From the NCBI GenBank assembly GCA_951406725.2, contig OX597816.1:48050001-48114000 (forward strand): DNA of 64,000 nucleotides, read 5' to 3'. Positions 10,565 through 25,089 of the stretch are shown here, one piece after another. Position 1 is the first letter of the stretch. Each line of letters opens with the position of its first letter. Position numbers and translations under genes: made by a program. The notes below the pieces were generated by a model that saw only the letters and a list, made by a program, of their open reading frames with translations, made no database searches and had not been told where the DNA came from. The DNA comes from Octopus vulgaris (taxonomy: Eukaryota).

Positions 10565-10768
10565 ATGTCTCCTAAGAAAATTCATAGTGTAAGTGCTAAG
10601 CGTCATGCTATAATGCTGGAAGATAAACTGGCTATAATAAAACGCCATGCAAAAGGTGAAAAAGTGGTAGCAATTACATTATTTCTGGGGATGAGTTGGA
10701 CAACAGCATCGACGATTGTATATAATAAAGACGAGATTTTAGCACATTCAGAAATAAAGCATCCATGA
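10565..10768 (+). pseudogene. Tigger/pogo transposase N-terminal HTH (psq/CENP-B type) remnant in a non-autonomous element (about 10.1-11.0 kb)
   Basis: MSPKK..SAKRHAIMLEDKLAIIKRHAKGEKVVAI..LGMSWTTASTIVYNKDEI matches the KRK.ITLE.KL.II.R...G...IA..LG...STV.TI..NK..I pattern. It is truncated. Confidence 0.75.
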
Positions 10769-11023
10769 TGTACAATAAATACTGCAAAACTGTATTCATA
10801 AATTTGGATTAAAAAATAGAAATTATTTGTTTGTAAGCTTAAAATAGGTTTTTATTAACCATGTATTATTTAAAATGTATGCATAAATTAAGTACAGGAC
10901 TGGGAATTGTTATTATCGGTTTAGTCTAGTGACAAGTAAATTTGGCCTAGCCTAGACAGAAGTTAATTCGACTTAATTTGTGACTCCTGGAACCAATTAA
11001 CGACTTAGGGTGAAATATGGCTG

Positions 11024-11070
<47 letters not shown>

Positions 11071-11196
11071 ACATATATATATATATATATACATATATAT
11101 ACATATATACATTTATATATATATATATAGATAGATAGATAGATAGATATATACATATATAAATGTATATATACATGTGTATATATATATGTATAC

Positions 11197-11234
<38 letters not shown>

Positions 11235-11699
11235 GTACATAAATATATGTATCAATATATATATATATATACACATAGGGTGCCAAGAACACCATCTGAA
11301 CGTGATCGTTGTGATCATTGCCAGAGCAGCCAACTGGCTTCCGTACCCGTGGCATGTAAACGGGCACCATTCGAGTGTGATCGTCACCAACGTTGCTTCA
11401 CTGGCACCTGTGTTGGTGGAATGTGTAAAAAGATTCGAGCGAGGTCATTGCCAGTATCGCCTGACTGGGCCCCGTGCAGGTGGCATGTAAAAAGCACCCA
11501 CTACACTCTCAGAGTGGTTGGCATTAGGAAGGGCATCCAGTTGTAGAAACTCTGCCAGATCAAGACTGGAGCCTGGTGCAGCCATCTGGTTGCCAGCCCT
11601 CAGTCAAAACTGTCCAACCCATGCTAGCATGGAAAACAGACATTAAATGATGATGATGATGATGATGATACATATATATATATATGTATGTATATATAG

Positions 11700-11750
<51 letters not shown>

Positions 11751-11829
11751 CATATACATATACATATATATATACACACACACATATATATATGTATATT
11801 CACACACACACACACACACACATACACAT

Positions 11830-12360
11830 ATATAAGGAAAAGAATCTGAAAATGCAGGAGTCTTTTAAAAGTATTTATTAACTTAACCAGTTTTACTTAT
11901 TTAAAAAGACTTTCAAAAGTAAAGTGTGAAGTTTTGTATATCCTCTGTGGCGTCAAAACTTTATTTACAAAAATGTATTAAAATCAAGCAGTAGAGTCTT
12001 TGACAATGATAAGAAAAGGTTTGAGGCTTTGTGTATCCTCTGTGACGAGTCAAACAATAGTTTGCATAAAAAACATTCATATCAGGTAATAAAATTTTTT
12101 TTTATAATAATAATAAGAAAAAATTAGTTCGCATGAATATTTCTTGATGAAGTAATAGAGTTTTTGACAAGAAGATAAAATATGAGAATCGTCTGTGAAG
12201 AGTTAAAACATGGTTTACATAAAAACATTCCGATCAGATAATAAAATTTTTGTATTATTCTGAGATGAAAATTAGTTTACATGAATATATCCCGATCAAG
12301 TTATAGAGTTTTTGACAAGAAGATAAAATATGTAACAGACTATTTAAAGGTCTTGGATCT
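11830..12360 (-). repeat. Diverged tandem sub-repeats, possibly a Penelope-like terminal region
   Basis: aaaaacattc..atcag.taataaaatttt...aaaattagtt..catgaatat...atagagtttttgacaagaagataaaatatg occurs twice. Confidence 0.5.
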
Positions 12361-12374
12361 GGCTTATGTGTGTG

Positions 12375-12413
<39 letters not shown>

Positions 12414-12716
12414 TGTTTTACTTGTTTCAGTCATTCGACTGCGGCCATGCTGGAGCACCGCCTTTAGTCGAAGAAATTGACCCCAGGACTTATTCTTTGT
12501 AAGCCTAGTACTTATTCTATATATATATATATGTGTGTGTATATATGTATGTTTATGTATAAATATATATATATATATATATACACACAGAAACATATGT
12601 ATACATATATATACATATATATATTTACATATGTATATACATATATGTATATATACATATATATACATATACACATCGATACACATGCACACACACACAC
12701 ACACACACATATATAT

Positions 12717-15672
12717 GATGAATGCTTCATCTTGACAGATGATACCCTCCCATCAACACACACACAACATCCCATAATACAGTACAATCACTCTGTTGAT
12801 GAGCCCTTAGATGACTGACAGGGTTTAAAACACAAGTGACAGATATTATTCGAGTTTCTTCTATATCTTTGCCCTTTGGAATCTGATTCTGAAGGAATGT
12901 TTTTGTGAACTAGCATATGTCTTTAAAGTCCAGATATTGTCTTACAAGTTTTTTGACATATGGCACAAGTCGTAAGGGGCAGTTGGTGTCCAAGATCATT
13001 ACCTACCTGAGCATTTCAATTTTCATGTGGCTTCATATGATTCATGTATCCTGCTTTTGACAACAGAACACGGTCACATCACTGTTGATTACAGTTCAAA
13101 TTGTTCCTTTACAACAGGTCCTTCTAAGTTCAGAGTGCTGAATCACCTTTTCCTCCCAGACATTGCAACGAGTCCTAACAACACCTCTCTGCTTGTTCCG
13201 ATCTAGAACAACATTTTCTCAGTCACTTTTGTTCATATCTAGTTTCTTCAGGTTTTCCTTCACAGTCATTATACCTTTTCCTTGGCTTATGTTGTGGTCA
13301 CTTACCAGAGTTGAGCTCACCATAAAAAGACGCTTTGGCAAACACCCGTCTTTCATTCTAATAACATGTCTAGTCCATCTCATTTGAGTCAAGATAACAC
13401 GTTGTTCAATTGAGTTGAAACAAGCCATGCACAAAACCTCTATATCTGGTATGAAACATTCACACTTGACTCCTAAGAGAAGTCTGAAGCACTTTTGCTG
13501 AAACTTCGCCAGCATTTTTATAAGACACTTGTAAGCGGTCCATGTCTCCCTTGAATAAAGAAGTGCAGACAATACACATACTTTATAGACACTGATTTTT
13601 GTCTGTAGGGAAATAACTCTGTCTGCTCATACTCACTTTTCGAGCTTTCCAAATGCAACACTTCCCTTCCCTATTCAATAGTATATCTCTGCATCAAGAC
13701 TACTATCTCTTGACAGTGTGCTTCCTAGGTAAACAAAGGTGTCAACGACTTCTAACCTTGTTCTATTCACAAAAATGTTTGGTTCAGAACATGTTTGTCC
13801 TGGCACAGGAGTAGACATTACTTTGGTTTTCCCCAGACGAATTGTGAGTCTGAAATGTATACATGCAGTGGAAAATCTGTCCATTAAATGTTGCATATTC
13901 CTCTCTGAGTGTGCCAGAAAATAAGCATCATCATCATAAAGTAATTCTCTAACAAGCATTTTGAAAGTGTTTGCTTTACAGTTAAACTGGGTCTAATTAA
14001 AAATACAACCAGATGTCTAAAATCTGATTCTGATCTTTCTGTTGCAATCCTTGACAGCATAGCAAAGCAATGCAGCAAAATAAATAGAAAAAAGTGTAGG
14101 CAGGAATATCTCCCTGTTTGACACCCATTGTCTACCAAAAATTTATGAGATAGCTCACCATTAAAGACTACCTGAGCTTTTATGTTTCTGTGTAGTTCCT
14201 TAAAGATGCTCACAAAATGTGTTGGGCGACGAAGTTTACACAAAACAATCCACAGTGCCTCCCTGTTTACCATGTCAAATGCCTTAGTTAAATCTATGAA
14301 GACCTGGTATAGTGGCATTTGTTCCTCTATGCATTTCTCTTGAACCTGTCTCAAAGAAAATATCCTGTCTAATGTTCCTTGCTCAGGTCTGAAACTACAC
14401 TATTCTTCAGGAATCACATGTGGACACACATTCTCAACAAGACAATCTAACATGATCCTTCCCAGTATATACCAGGAGGGTTATCCCTCTAGAATTACCA
14501 CATACTACTTTTGGGCCCTTACCTTTGTATACAGAGATTAGAATTCCATTTATCCGTTCTTGTGGCAGAGAAGATTCATTCTGAACTCGAGTTATCAGGT
14601 TATGAATTTCAGATGAAATATGAACCCCACCTGCTTTCAGAATTTCAACTTTACTGGATCTCAGTTGACATAATGCCAGATTTACTTTTTCAGTGGAAGG
14701 TGTATCATTTATGTGTTGCACTATGTCTCTTTGCAGAACGTTGTTTATGATATCCATGTTCACTACAGACGGATTGTGGAAAAGATCTGCAAAGTGTTCT
14801 CTCCATTTATTCATTATTCCAGGAGGATCTTTAATAACCTCATTTCCATCTTTTGACTTGAACATATGATGATGAAGACTGCAGTCCAAAAGCTTGCTGC
14901 AGTAGACTATAGAGACTTGTCATAGGCTGCCTGTACTTCCTCAGACAAATTTCTCCACTAAGTGTCTTTAAGCCTCCTGAGTTCTTTTTGCAAGTCTGCT
15001 TTCTGAAACTTGTACAAATTTTCCAGTTGCACTTTGTTCTTAACATTTGGGTTAAGAAGCTTTTCATGAGTGAACCTCTTTGTTGCTAAAAGCTCATTTA
15101 TCACTGTATCATTGGAATCAAACTAGTCTCAGTGTTGTCTCCTCTTAAAACCTAACACCTTTGATCCCATTTTATATAATCCATCCTGGAAAGATTGCTG
15201 CGATCCTTCAAAATGAACATTGCTGCATCTCTTCTAAAAGAACTGCAAAACATGTGGTTGTTTCAGCTGCTCTACATCAATTTTCTTTGGTATTTATACA
15301 CCTGCACTAATCATCTTTTTATGGACCATGAACTTGAACTTAGCCCTAACCCTTTTGTGATTAGTATGACAATCAGCACCTCGCAATACTTTGAGACTGC
15401 ACAAATCTTGTAAGTCAGTTTTCCGAGTTAATACAAAATCAATCATGTGACCTTACTTTGATCTTGGGTGAATCCAGGTAACTTTATGTTTCATCTTATG
15501 ATGAAAGAAAGTATTCCCAACAATCAACCCTAGCTCAGAGCACATTTGTAGCAGATGCAACCCTATGTTTTTCACTTTTCCTATTCTGTGATGCCCAGGT
15601 ATATTCCAAGCACCATAGTCTCTACGAACATGTGCATTAAAGCCGCCAAGCACAACCAGCTTCTCATTCATT
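12717..15672 (-). mobile_element. Decayed, 5'-truncated RTE (BovB-like) LINE
   Basis: Collinear fragments: APE endonuclease (LGGFNAHV, NTFF, KVTWIHPRSK), RGITLL, FIDLTKAFDMVNREALW, LLYDDDA (YADD motif), FVYLGS, LLYSRETW, RWTRHVIRM, and C-terminal Cys/His motifs. Many stops and frameshifts. Confidence 0.93.
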
Positions 15673-15775
15673 ACATAATATATTTACTCCCACTTACATA
15701 ATATATTTAAATGTAAAAGACAATACTGAAGAGACAATGTTTAATGAGTATGGTATTAGCTTCACTCTTTAATGT

Positions 15776-16020
15776 GGAGGCGCGTGGCTTAGTGGTTAGG
15801 GTGTCAGCATCATGACTGTAAGATTGTGGTTTCAATTCCTGGACCGGGCGATGTGTTGTGTTCTTGAGCAAAACACTTCATTTCACGTTGCTCCAGTCCA
15901 CTCAGCTGGCAAAAATGAGTAACACTGCGATGGACCGGCGTCCCGTCCAGCTGGGGAACACATATGCCATTGAAACCCAGAAACCGGGCCCATGAGCCTG
16001 GCTAGGCTTTAAAAGGGCGC
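15776..16020 (+). mobile_element. tRNA-derived SINE family C (V/Meta-domain-like). Other copies: 48512-48735+, 18812-18905-, 40540-40745-, 21510-21740-
   Basis: A box tggcttagtgg, B-box-like ggtttcaattcc, core cttgagcaaaacactt...ctgcgatggaccggcgtcccgtccag, and a TTTA tail. Confidence 0.75.
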
Positions 16021-16071
16021 ATTTATTTTATTTATTCACTCTTTAATAGGAAGAGAAGGAATTTTAATATT

Positions 16072-16105
16072 CTTAATGTTTCTGACATTAGACCTTCATC
16101 AGAAG
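16072..16105 (-). ncRNA. Degenerate Penelope-type hammerhead remnant
   Basis: Minus strand: ctt CTGATGA aggtc taat gtca GAAAC att aag. Stem II is mutated. Confidence 0.35.
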
Positions 16106-16435
16106 TAAGGGAAAAGCATGGGGAAGTGAGAAAAATTAATAGTCAGTGAGAGTTAAAACAAAGATGAAGGGTTTAGGAGCCTGATAAGAATGCAGTTGTT
16201 TGGCAGCAGGGTATGGTGAGGGGTTAAGAAGAAAGGACAGGTGAGTGTTTATGTGTAAGTATATGAATGTATCAATGTCTGAAGGTAAACATATAGAAGA
16301 GTGTGATGTGTGTGTATGTGTTTGGTGGGATGTGTGTTTGATGGGATGTGTGTTTGGTGGGATGTGTAGAAGTAATTTTAGAAGTATAGTCATGTAGATT
16401 AATAGAGGTGCAAGATGTTGGTGTCTGTGTGTATA

Positions 16436-16483
<48 letters not shown>

Positions 16484-16863
16484 CACATGCATGTGTATAT
16501 GTGTATGTGTGAGTGTGAGTGTGTATGCAAGCATTAAGTATAAGTGAGGAAAGCATGGATATGAGGCAGTAAGCATGGCTACAGACACATGCATATCTGT
16601 GTCACTGAAAGCTAACTTTCCAAACACACAGCGTCTTCTACTGTAGCTCCAGGCAGTCTAAAACCTTGTGAATAGATATGGCTGACAGAAACTGAAAGAA
16701 GCCAGCCACCATACATACATAAACATACATACATACATGCATAAATCCATATACACACACATGCAAACATATCTATATCTATATATATATATATCTTTTA
16801 TCTTTTGTTCGTTTTAGTCATTAGACGTGGCCATGCTTGGGCACTACCTTGAATAGTTTTAGT

Positions 16864-17289
16864 CAGTGGCGTAGCTAGGGTAAACTGTGCCTGGGGGCAA
16901 GCTGAAAAAATGCGACCCCACCACCATCATTACAAAATCCACGGTAATATATAGTACTTATTTGTTACACGTAATTAATGTTTAAAAGCAATATTTTAGG
17001 AATAAATATTTTACCCGGTTTCATTTACGTGCTGGTTCAGTACAGCCTTTAATTCAAAATATATATTTTTTTAATGTTTACTTTTAGGAAACATCTCTAT
17101 TTTAACCATTTAATGCACCAGCTTCCCAGACTGAAACATGAAGAAACCTAATGTGTGAAATGAGATGTAATAAAAAGCAAAAATACAATTGTTTAAAGTC
17201 TCATCTTTCTTTCATCTTTCTCTGAGCCTCACCCCTTCAATCGGCGCCTGGGCATGTGTGCTCCTCATGCCCCACCTGTTGCACTACTG
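16864..17289. mobile_element. hAT-type MITE inserted into a family-A SINE
   Basis: Ends are cagtggcgta.../...cactactg, with a perfect 8-bp TSD gttttagt (16856-16863, 17290-17297). Confidence 0.8.
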
Positions 17290-17727
17290 GTTTTAGTTGA
17301 ACAGATCGACTCCAGTACTTATTTTCTAAGACTGGTACTTATTCTACCAGTCACTTTTTGCTGAACTGCTAAGTTATGGGAATGTAACCAAACCAACACT
17401 GATTGTCAAGAAGCAGTAAGAGACAAGCACAAACAAAAAGACATGCTTGCCCTCCCACCATATACCTATACGATGGACTTCTTTCATTTTTGCCCTACTA
17501 AATCTACTCTCAAAGCTTTGGTTGGCCTGGAACTATAGTAGAAAACACTTGCCCAAGGTGCCACACAGTGGAACTGAACCCAGAACAGTGTGGTTGGGAA
17601 GCAAGCATCTTATGACACAGCTGTGCCTGAGGTTTGTTGACAGGAAGGGCACCCAACTATACAAAATCTGCCTCATGCAAGCATGGAAAAAGCAGATATT
17701 AAAATAATTGTGATGATGAGGATGATG

Positions 17728-17764
<37 letters not shown>

Positions 17765-17973
17765 TTTGTATATAGAGATTTCCGGACAAAGGACATGAGT
17801 TAGAATAAGAACAGTAATGAATGAGTGAAGAATGAATACACAGTGCATGTTTTTATTTGGAAAAAAAAAAGAAAAGAAAAGAAAAACGACCATCCCGAAA
17901 TGCAACGTCTGTTTCAACATATAGTTTCGATTTCACATTAGGACCTTACAACACAACTTCATAAATGTATATA

Positions 17974-18230
17974 CAGGGTTGGCCAGAACTCACCTGACAG
18001 TAAATCAAAACCATATATTTAGATTCATATATGTTTAACAACTGAATGAATTTATTTATGTTTAAATTCTGAGAGAATTTGATAAAAGCATCTAAATATG
18101 AAACATCATGAAAATCCTTCAAACTGAAATCCTTCTTGAGCGACACATTTTCCCATTTGAGTCAATACAGAATTACAGATAGTATTTATGGAATTTTGAT
18201 TTACTGTTGGGTGGCTTCTGGCCAACCCTG
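17974..18230. mobile_element. Tc1/mariner-type MITE
   Basis: TIRs cagggttggccagaa.tcacc..acagtaaatcaaaa / ttttgatttactg..gggtggcttctggccaaccctg, with TA on the left. Confidence 0.8.
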
Positions 18231-18253
18231 TGTGTGTGTGTATATATATATAA

Positions 18254-18293
<40 letters not shown>

Positions 18294-19109
18294 TAAGAGT
18301 GCTGCAAAATTCTTGGCTTTAAGGGTATCACAAAAGGCCTGGTTAGAGGCCCAACCTTCTGATTTCTTTTACAGGGCTTAGTAAAACTGAGGATATCACT
18401 GCAATAAGTGTGTAAATCTGAGAGGGGATATATATATCATCATCATCATCGTTTAACGTCCGTTTTCCGCACTAGCACGGGTTGGACGGTTTCGACCGGG
18501 GTCTGTGGGAGCTCGGGACTGCCCCAGGCTCCAGTCTAGTCTGGCAGTGTTTCTACAGCTGGATGCCCTTCCTAACGCCAACCACTCCGCGAGTGTAGTG
18601 GGTGTTTTTTACGTGCCACCTGCACAGGTGCCAGAAGGGGTCTGGCATCGGCCACGTTCGGATGGTGCTTTTTGTGTGGGGGGGGGGGTATAGAAATATA
18701 TAGGGGAGCACCAGTGGGGAGGGGTGGTTCAGAGAAATGATGACAGGTTCTAGGCAAGTAGAACGTAGGATATCAAGAGAGGGGTAATGCATATATATTA
18801 TTTATTTATTTATGCACCCTTTTCAAGCCTAGCCAGGCTCATGGGCCTGGTTTCTATGGCATATGTGTTCCCCCCAGCTGGAGGGGACGCCAGTCCATCG
18901 CAGTGTTACTCAAGAAACAGGAAGAAAAAGTGAGAGAAAGTTGGGGTGGTGAAAGAGTACAACAGAGGTCGCCACTACCCCCTGCCGGAGCCTCATGGAG
19001 CTTTTAGGTGTTTTCGCTCAATAAACACACACAATGCCCAGTCTGGGAATCGAAACCGTAATCCTCCTACTGCGAGTCCACTGCCCTAACCAGTGGGCCA
19101 TTGTGTCTC

Positions 19110-19143
<34 letters not shown>

Positions 19144-19167
19144 CATACATATATATACAAATATATA

Positions 19168-20651
19168 TCTTACTATAATGGGCATTATGTCCATCTGTCT
19201 GTTCTCTCTTCACAGTCAAACAGCTGGACCAATGGTCACAATGTTTTATGGGATTACAAAGGAGGTAATCAGGAAGGCTTTTAGTGAAAAGAAAAAGTGA
19301 AAAAGTGTGATTGTTTAGTGGATATTGAATTTTGTATTAATAAATGACCTTTGATTTTTTTATGTTAAAATTCTGGCGATGAGGATTAACTCTGGATTTC
19401 CCAACCCCACTCCTCCACCCATATATTTCGTGAAGTTAGAAGGTTTAGATTTGCAATGCTGCCCTTTATTTCCCATTGTAGATGGGCAGATTTGTTATCT
19501 TACTATAATGGGCATTATGTCCGTCCGTCTGTCTGTCTGCCTGTTCCCTCTTCATGGCCAGATGGCTGGACCAATGGTTATGATATTTCTGGGGATTTAC
19601 AAAGATGGTCGTCAGGAAGGTTGTTAGCCTTAAAAAATCAGAAAGTGCGATTATTTCATGGATATCAATTTTTGAATTGATAAACCACCTTTGTATTTTT
19701 ATTAAATATTCACCGACCATGAGTAATTCTGGATTTTCATTGTACAGTTTGTGGCACCATCATAGATACAAAGGGGGTTGTAAGGATGGATAATAGTGCA
19801 AATAAAATGGAAAAAGTGTGTGTCAGTCTATAAAGTGTGTGATTATTTAGTGGTTACTGAAGTATGTCAGTCTTGAGCAGGATTCGAAAGGGCTAATCAA
19901 AGCAGCTGTTGTTTATATCTTAGTTTTGTCAATCAAAATAGCCCATGGTACCAGAACGTTCAGACATTATTTGCATAGAACAGTGAGAGATTAGATCTTA
20001 GTTTGATTTTTTGCTATCCTAAAGATTCTGCATGCACATTCACAGCAAACAAGGCACAGGGTGACACTTTAGATCATGTAGGTGTATTTTTACCCACTCT
20101 GATGTTTACACATGGCCAGTTATACGTTGCTATGAGTAGAGCAACGGACACCAGTTATTTGAAAATTAGTGTCGACCAGACAAAAAATATCATTTACAAA
20201 AAAGTTTTGTAATCATATTATTGGTAAGAATATGAATCATAATCTAAGTAAGGACATTTGTAAACTTTGAATGTAAAAGAGTATAAACAAGTGCAAAATA
20301 GTATAAATGACTAAAATAAAAGTATATCTAAATAACATTTTTTCTTAATACTTTTTATGTAGTGGTCGAAGGAAGCTCTGGCTTTTGTTAGGAGTGGTCC
20401 GCATAACCATTCGTGATACAGAGGCTGGGAGCCTATTTCAGTTCAGGAGTGAATCGTCATCACGTGTCACTTAGTCCCAAACACATGTCATATAGCTGCA
20501 ACAGAATGCTCTATCATCATCAATAATGTGATTTCTCAAAGACATCACCCAGTAATCTATCAAGTCCACTTACACATTTCTCAATACATACTGCTGTTGT
20601 GACTTCCCTCCCTCATTTTATGCCTCTATTGTAGATGGGTAGATTTTCTAG
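19168..20651 (+). mobile_element. Composite Helitron: short unit 19168-19497 plus longer unit 19498-20651 carrying a RepHel helicase C-terminal remnant
   Basis: Both units start TCttactataatgggcattatgtcc. Subterminal hairpin cccat-tgtag-atggg; final CTAG at 20648-20651 followed by T. ORF 20003-20212 has Pif1-like TANKAQGDTL...FTHGQLYVAMSR...TKNIIYKKVL. Confidence 0.85.
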
Positions 20652-20944
20652 TATATATAAATATATGTATGAATATGTATATATCTATGTGTGTCATCGT
20701 ATATGTGCTTGTCCCCCCCCCCCCCAGCTTGACAACTGGTGCTGGTTTGTTTATGTTCCCATAACTTATTGGTTCGGCAAAAGGGACTGTAACTACTAGG
20801 CTTAAGAAATATATCCGAGGTGGTGGGGTTGATTTGTCTGGCTGAAACCCTTAAAGGCAGTGCTTCAGCATGGCCGCAGTCATATGATTGAAACGAATAT
20901 GATTGGAAGTATATGATTTAAAGTAAAAGAATAAAAGAATATAT

Positions 20945-21346
20945 CAGGAGTGGCTGTGTGGTAAGTAGCTTGCTAACGAACCACATGGTTCCGGGTTCAG
21001 TCCCACTGCGTAGCATCTTGGGCAAGTGTCTTCTGCTATAGCCCCGGGCCGACCAATGCCTTGTGAGTGGATTTGGTAGACGGAAACTGAGAGAAGCCCA
21101 TCGTATATATGTATATATATATATATGTGTGTGTGCGTGTGTGTTTGTGTGTCTGTGTTTGTCCCCCTAGCATTGCCTGACAACCGATGCTGGTGTGTTT
21201 ACGTCCCCGTCACTTAGCGGTTCGGCAAAAGAGACCGATAGAATAAGTACTGGGCTTACAAAGAATAAGTCCCTGGGATCGATTTGCTCGACTAAAGGCG
21301 GTGCTCCAGCATGGCCGCAGTCAAATGACTGAAACAAGTAAAAGAG
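20945..21346 (+). mobile_element. tRNA/CORE-like SINE family A, full length
   Basis: A box tggctgtgtgg, B box ggttcagtccc, cttgggcaagt core, internal (TA)/(TG) tract, and gactgaaacaagtaaaagag tail. Confidence 0.9.
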
Positions 21347-21988
21347 TAATACATAGGCATAGGAGTAGCTGTGTGGTAAGTAGCTTGCTTACCAATCACA
21401 TGGTTCAGTGGGACTGAACCCGGAACCATGTGGTTAGTAAGCAAGCTACTTACCACACAGCCACTCCTACGCCTATACACACACACACACACACACACAT
21501 ATATATGGTGGATTCTCACGAACAACCACACAGATGATTTGTTTATAGTGATCAAATATTTGTATAGACATAAGCTCACTCCCTCCATCAAATCGACCTT
21601 ACCTGTACAGGTGCAATGGGTGCCACGTGTCAGATGACAAAATGATTGCATTGCAACGTGAAATGAAGTGCTTTGCTCAAGGACACAACTGAAACGCCCA
21701 GTCTGGGAACTGAACCCATGATCTTGCATAAAGTCCTGGCCAATGCTATGCATTGTGGGATTGAGTTGCGGACATAAAGATGATGATGATAATGATAACA
21801 ATGCTGTTGATGATGATGATGATGATAATATATATATTTCTTTATTGTCCACAAGGGGCTAAGCATAGAGGGGACAAACAAGGACAGACAAAGGGATTAA
21901 GTCGATTACATCAACCCCAGTGCGAAACTGGTATTTATTTAATCAACCCCCGAAAGGCTGAAAGGCAAAGTCGACCTTGATGATGATA

Positions 21989-22037
<49 letters not shown>

Positions 22038-22267
22038 TGTATATATCTATATGTGTATCTATACTCTGTGGGGCGGTTGGCTTTAGGAATGGCATCCAGC
22101 TGTAAAAACCATGTCAAAAGAGACACAGGATCATGGTGCAGGGCCAACTCCTGTCAAACCATCCAACCCATGCCAGCATGGAAGGACAACATTAAATGAA
22201 GATGATGACGATGATGATGATGATGATGATATATATATAGATGTATGGTTAGATGGATATATATATA

Positions 22268-22675
22268 GGCGCAGGAGTGGCTGTGTGGTAAGTAGCTTGC
22301 TAACCAACCACATGGTTCCGGGTTCAGTCCCCACTGCGTGGCATCTTGGGCAAGTGTCTTCTGCTATAGCCCCGGGCCGACCAATGTCTTGTGAGTGGAT
22401 TTGGTAGACGGAAACTGAAAGAAGCCTGTCGTATATATGTATATATATATATATATGTATGTGTGTGTTTGTGTGTCTGTGTTTGTCCCCCTAGCATTGC
22501 TTGACAACCGATGCTGGTGTGTTTACGTCCCGTTCACTTAGCGTTTCGGCAAAACAGACAGATAGAATAAGTACTAGGCTTACAAAGAATAAGTCCTGGG
22601 GTCGATTTGCTCGACTAAAGGCGGTGCTCCAGCATGGCCGCAGTCAAAATGACTGTAACAAGTAAAAGGGAGTAA

Positions 22676-22680
<5 letters not shown>
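22268..22680 (+). mobile_element. SINE family A, full length. Further copies or parts: 8473-8603+, 12416-12519-, 16796-17620-, 25712-26062-, 27241-27600+, 33320-33517+, 35311-35468-, 35660-36445-, 43354-43765+
   Basis: Near-identical to 20945-21346. Confidence 0.9.
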
Positions 22681-22730
<50 letters not shown>

Positions 22731-22749
22731 GTGTCTATATATTTATGTG

Positions 22750-22796
<47 letters not shown>

Positions 22797-23288
22797 ATAT
22801 CATCAACATCAGCAACATCACCATCATCATTATCATCGATTTTTTTATGTCCGCAGTTCCATGCCATGATGGTATGTATTGGGCAGGACTTTGAGGTAGT
22901 GTTTTACGGTTGAATGTCCTTTCTGAAGCCACTCTTTCAGCTGCTTCTTTATGACAAGCAGATATACAGTGTTCCTATTCTAAAAAGCAGGATACACACA
23001 ATTATATATATATATATATATACATATATAAACACACACACACATATATATACATATATATGAATAGAAACTCCATCCAATTATATATAGGTGTACGGTC
23101 CTGTGCATATGAATTGTTTGGAAATGCAATATAATAGATGCTGCTGCAATGAAAGCAGCTTCAAATGCAATCAGGTTAAAACAGGACATGCACGAATGTA
23201 CATGCATTGCCTACACAGATACATAACATCACGTCTGTACATTAGCTTGCATCCAGAAGTAACAGAGTTTTACTGAGAAACCTATACT

Positions 23289-23336
<48 letters not shown>

Positions 23337-24035
23337 TGTATGTGTGTATATATATATATATGTATATATATATATAGATGTATGTGTGTATGTATATATA
23401 TATATATATGTATGTGTATATATATATGCATGTGTGTGCATACACATGTATACATATATGTGCATATATATATAAAGAAGATATCTTGGAATGTAGAACT
23501 GATACATGTGAAAATAGAATTACATTCACACAAGCTTATGTATGTATATATACACATACACATACAGACACACACACATACTCACACGCACACGCTCAGA
23601 CATACAGACAGACAGACACACACACATACACCTAAGTCCCCTATTGTTCTGGTAAGTAAACGACACAAACACATTTTGGTATACTTGTATATATAGACAC
23701 ATGTGCACATGTACATGTATTTGTGCATGTGTCTGTGTGTACATGTATGTATATGTATACACACACATATACATCTATATACATACATATATATATATAT
23801 GCATATGTACAGACATATATCTACAGACATATGTATATATATATGTATGTATGTATATACATATATACATGCATATATATGAATGTATTTATATATATAT
23901 ATATTTATATATCTATATTTGTATACATACATATATATAAATGCGATGATGATGATATGTACATAGATATATATTTACACATACACACACAGATATATAT
24001 ACATATATATATACTTATGTTGACATATATACATG

Positions 24036-24077
<42 letters not shown>

Positions 24078-24475
24078 GTATATATATATATAAAATGGTG
24101 TGTTGATATGCATATATAGTCATACTCACACATTCACACACACACACACATACAGAAGTTTTGTTTTTTTTCTATATACACATGGACATAAACTATTTTG
24201 GAACGATTGTCAGAGTTTAGGGCATAGAAAACGGAACAGAGACGATGGGAAAGACACGGGCAAGCCTGACAGATGGCTTGATATTGATTCTTTGAAAATT
24301 GTTAAAGCAGAGCGATAAATGCATACATTATGAGATAACTGGAGGAATATGACATTCTGTGGTGGAATCTCTTAGCAAAGTAGGAAGGAATATTCTATTA
24401 AGGTGATTTTGGGAAGGAGAGAAAAGAGAGAATGAATGTAGTAAGTGAGCTTGTGAATTACAGAGACACAAAGAA

Positions 24476-24519
<44 letters not shown>

Positions 24520-24604
24520 AGATATAGGTGAATGGGAATCTCATTCAAACTTGTTCACAATGAAGGACTTCAAAGACAAATAAGAGAGGAAGAAAAAGGT
24601 GAAC

Positions 24605-24666
<62 letters not shown>

Positions 24667-24851
24667 TAATAAAGAAAAAGAGAAGAATTAAGAAATTATC
24701 ATTCAATAAGAAAATAGCAAAAAAAAAAACAAAAAGGGGGAAGAAAGGTAGCCTGAAGAAGCAAGACAGATCGTAAGAGAGAATGCAAAGGAAATGGTAA
24801 AACTGCGGAATATATACATATACACATGCATACGTTCATATATATATATAC

Positions 24852-24902
<51 letters not shown>

Positions 24903-24973
24903 AAAACTATGGTGGGTTGGTGTTGTTGCCGTGGAGGTGGTTGTGAAGGCCCAATCAACAGCGTCATGTCGTG

Positions 24974-25005
<32 letters not shown>

Positions 25006-25050
25006 TGTATTTATGCATGTATGTATGTATGTATGTATATATATATATAT

Positions 25051-25089
<39 letters not shown>

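Noticed and set aside
12789-12840. Hammerhead-like TGATGA-gccct/agggt on the + strand
   Set aside because: It lacks the CUGA and GAAA cores, and the minus strand is the RTE C-terminal SHLRAH coding end.
23091-23193. Nested stems gtcctgt/acaggac and gctgct/agcagc
   Set aside because: The stems are 7 bp or shorter and isolated, which is compatible with chance.
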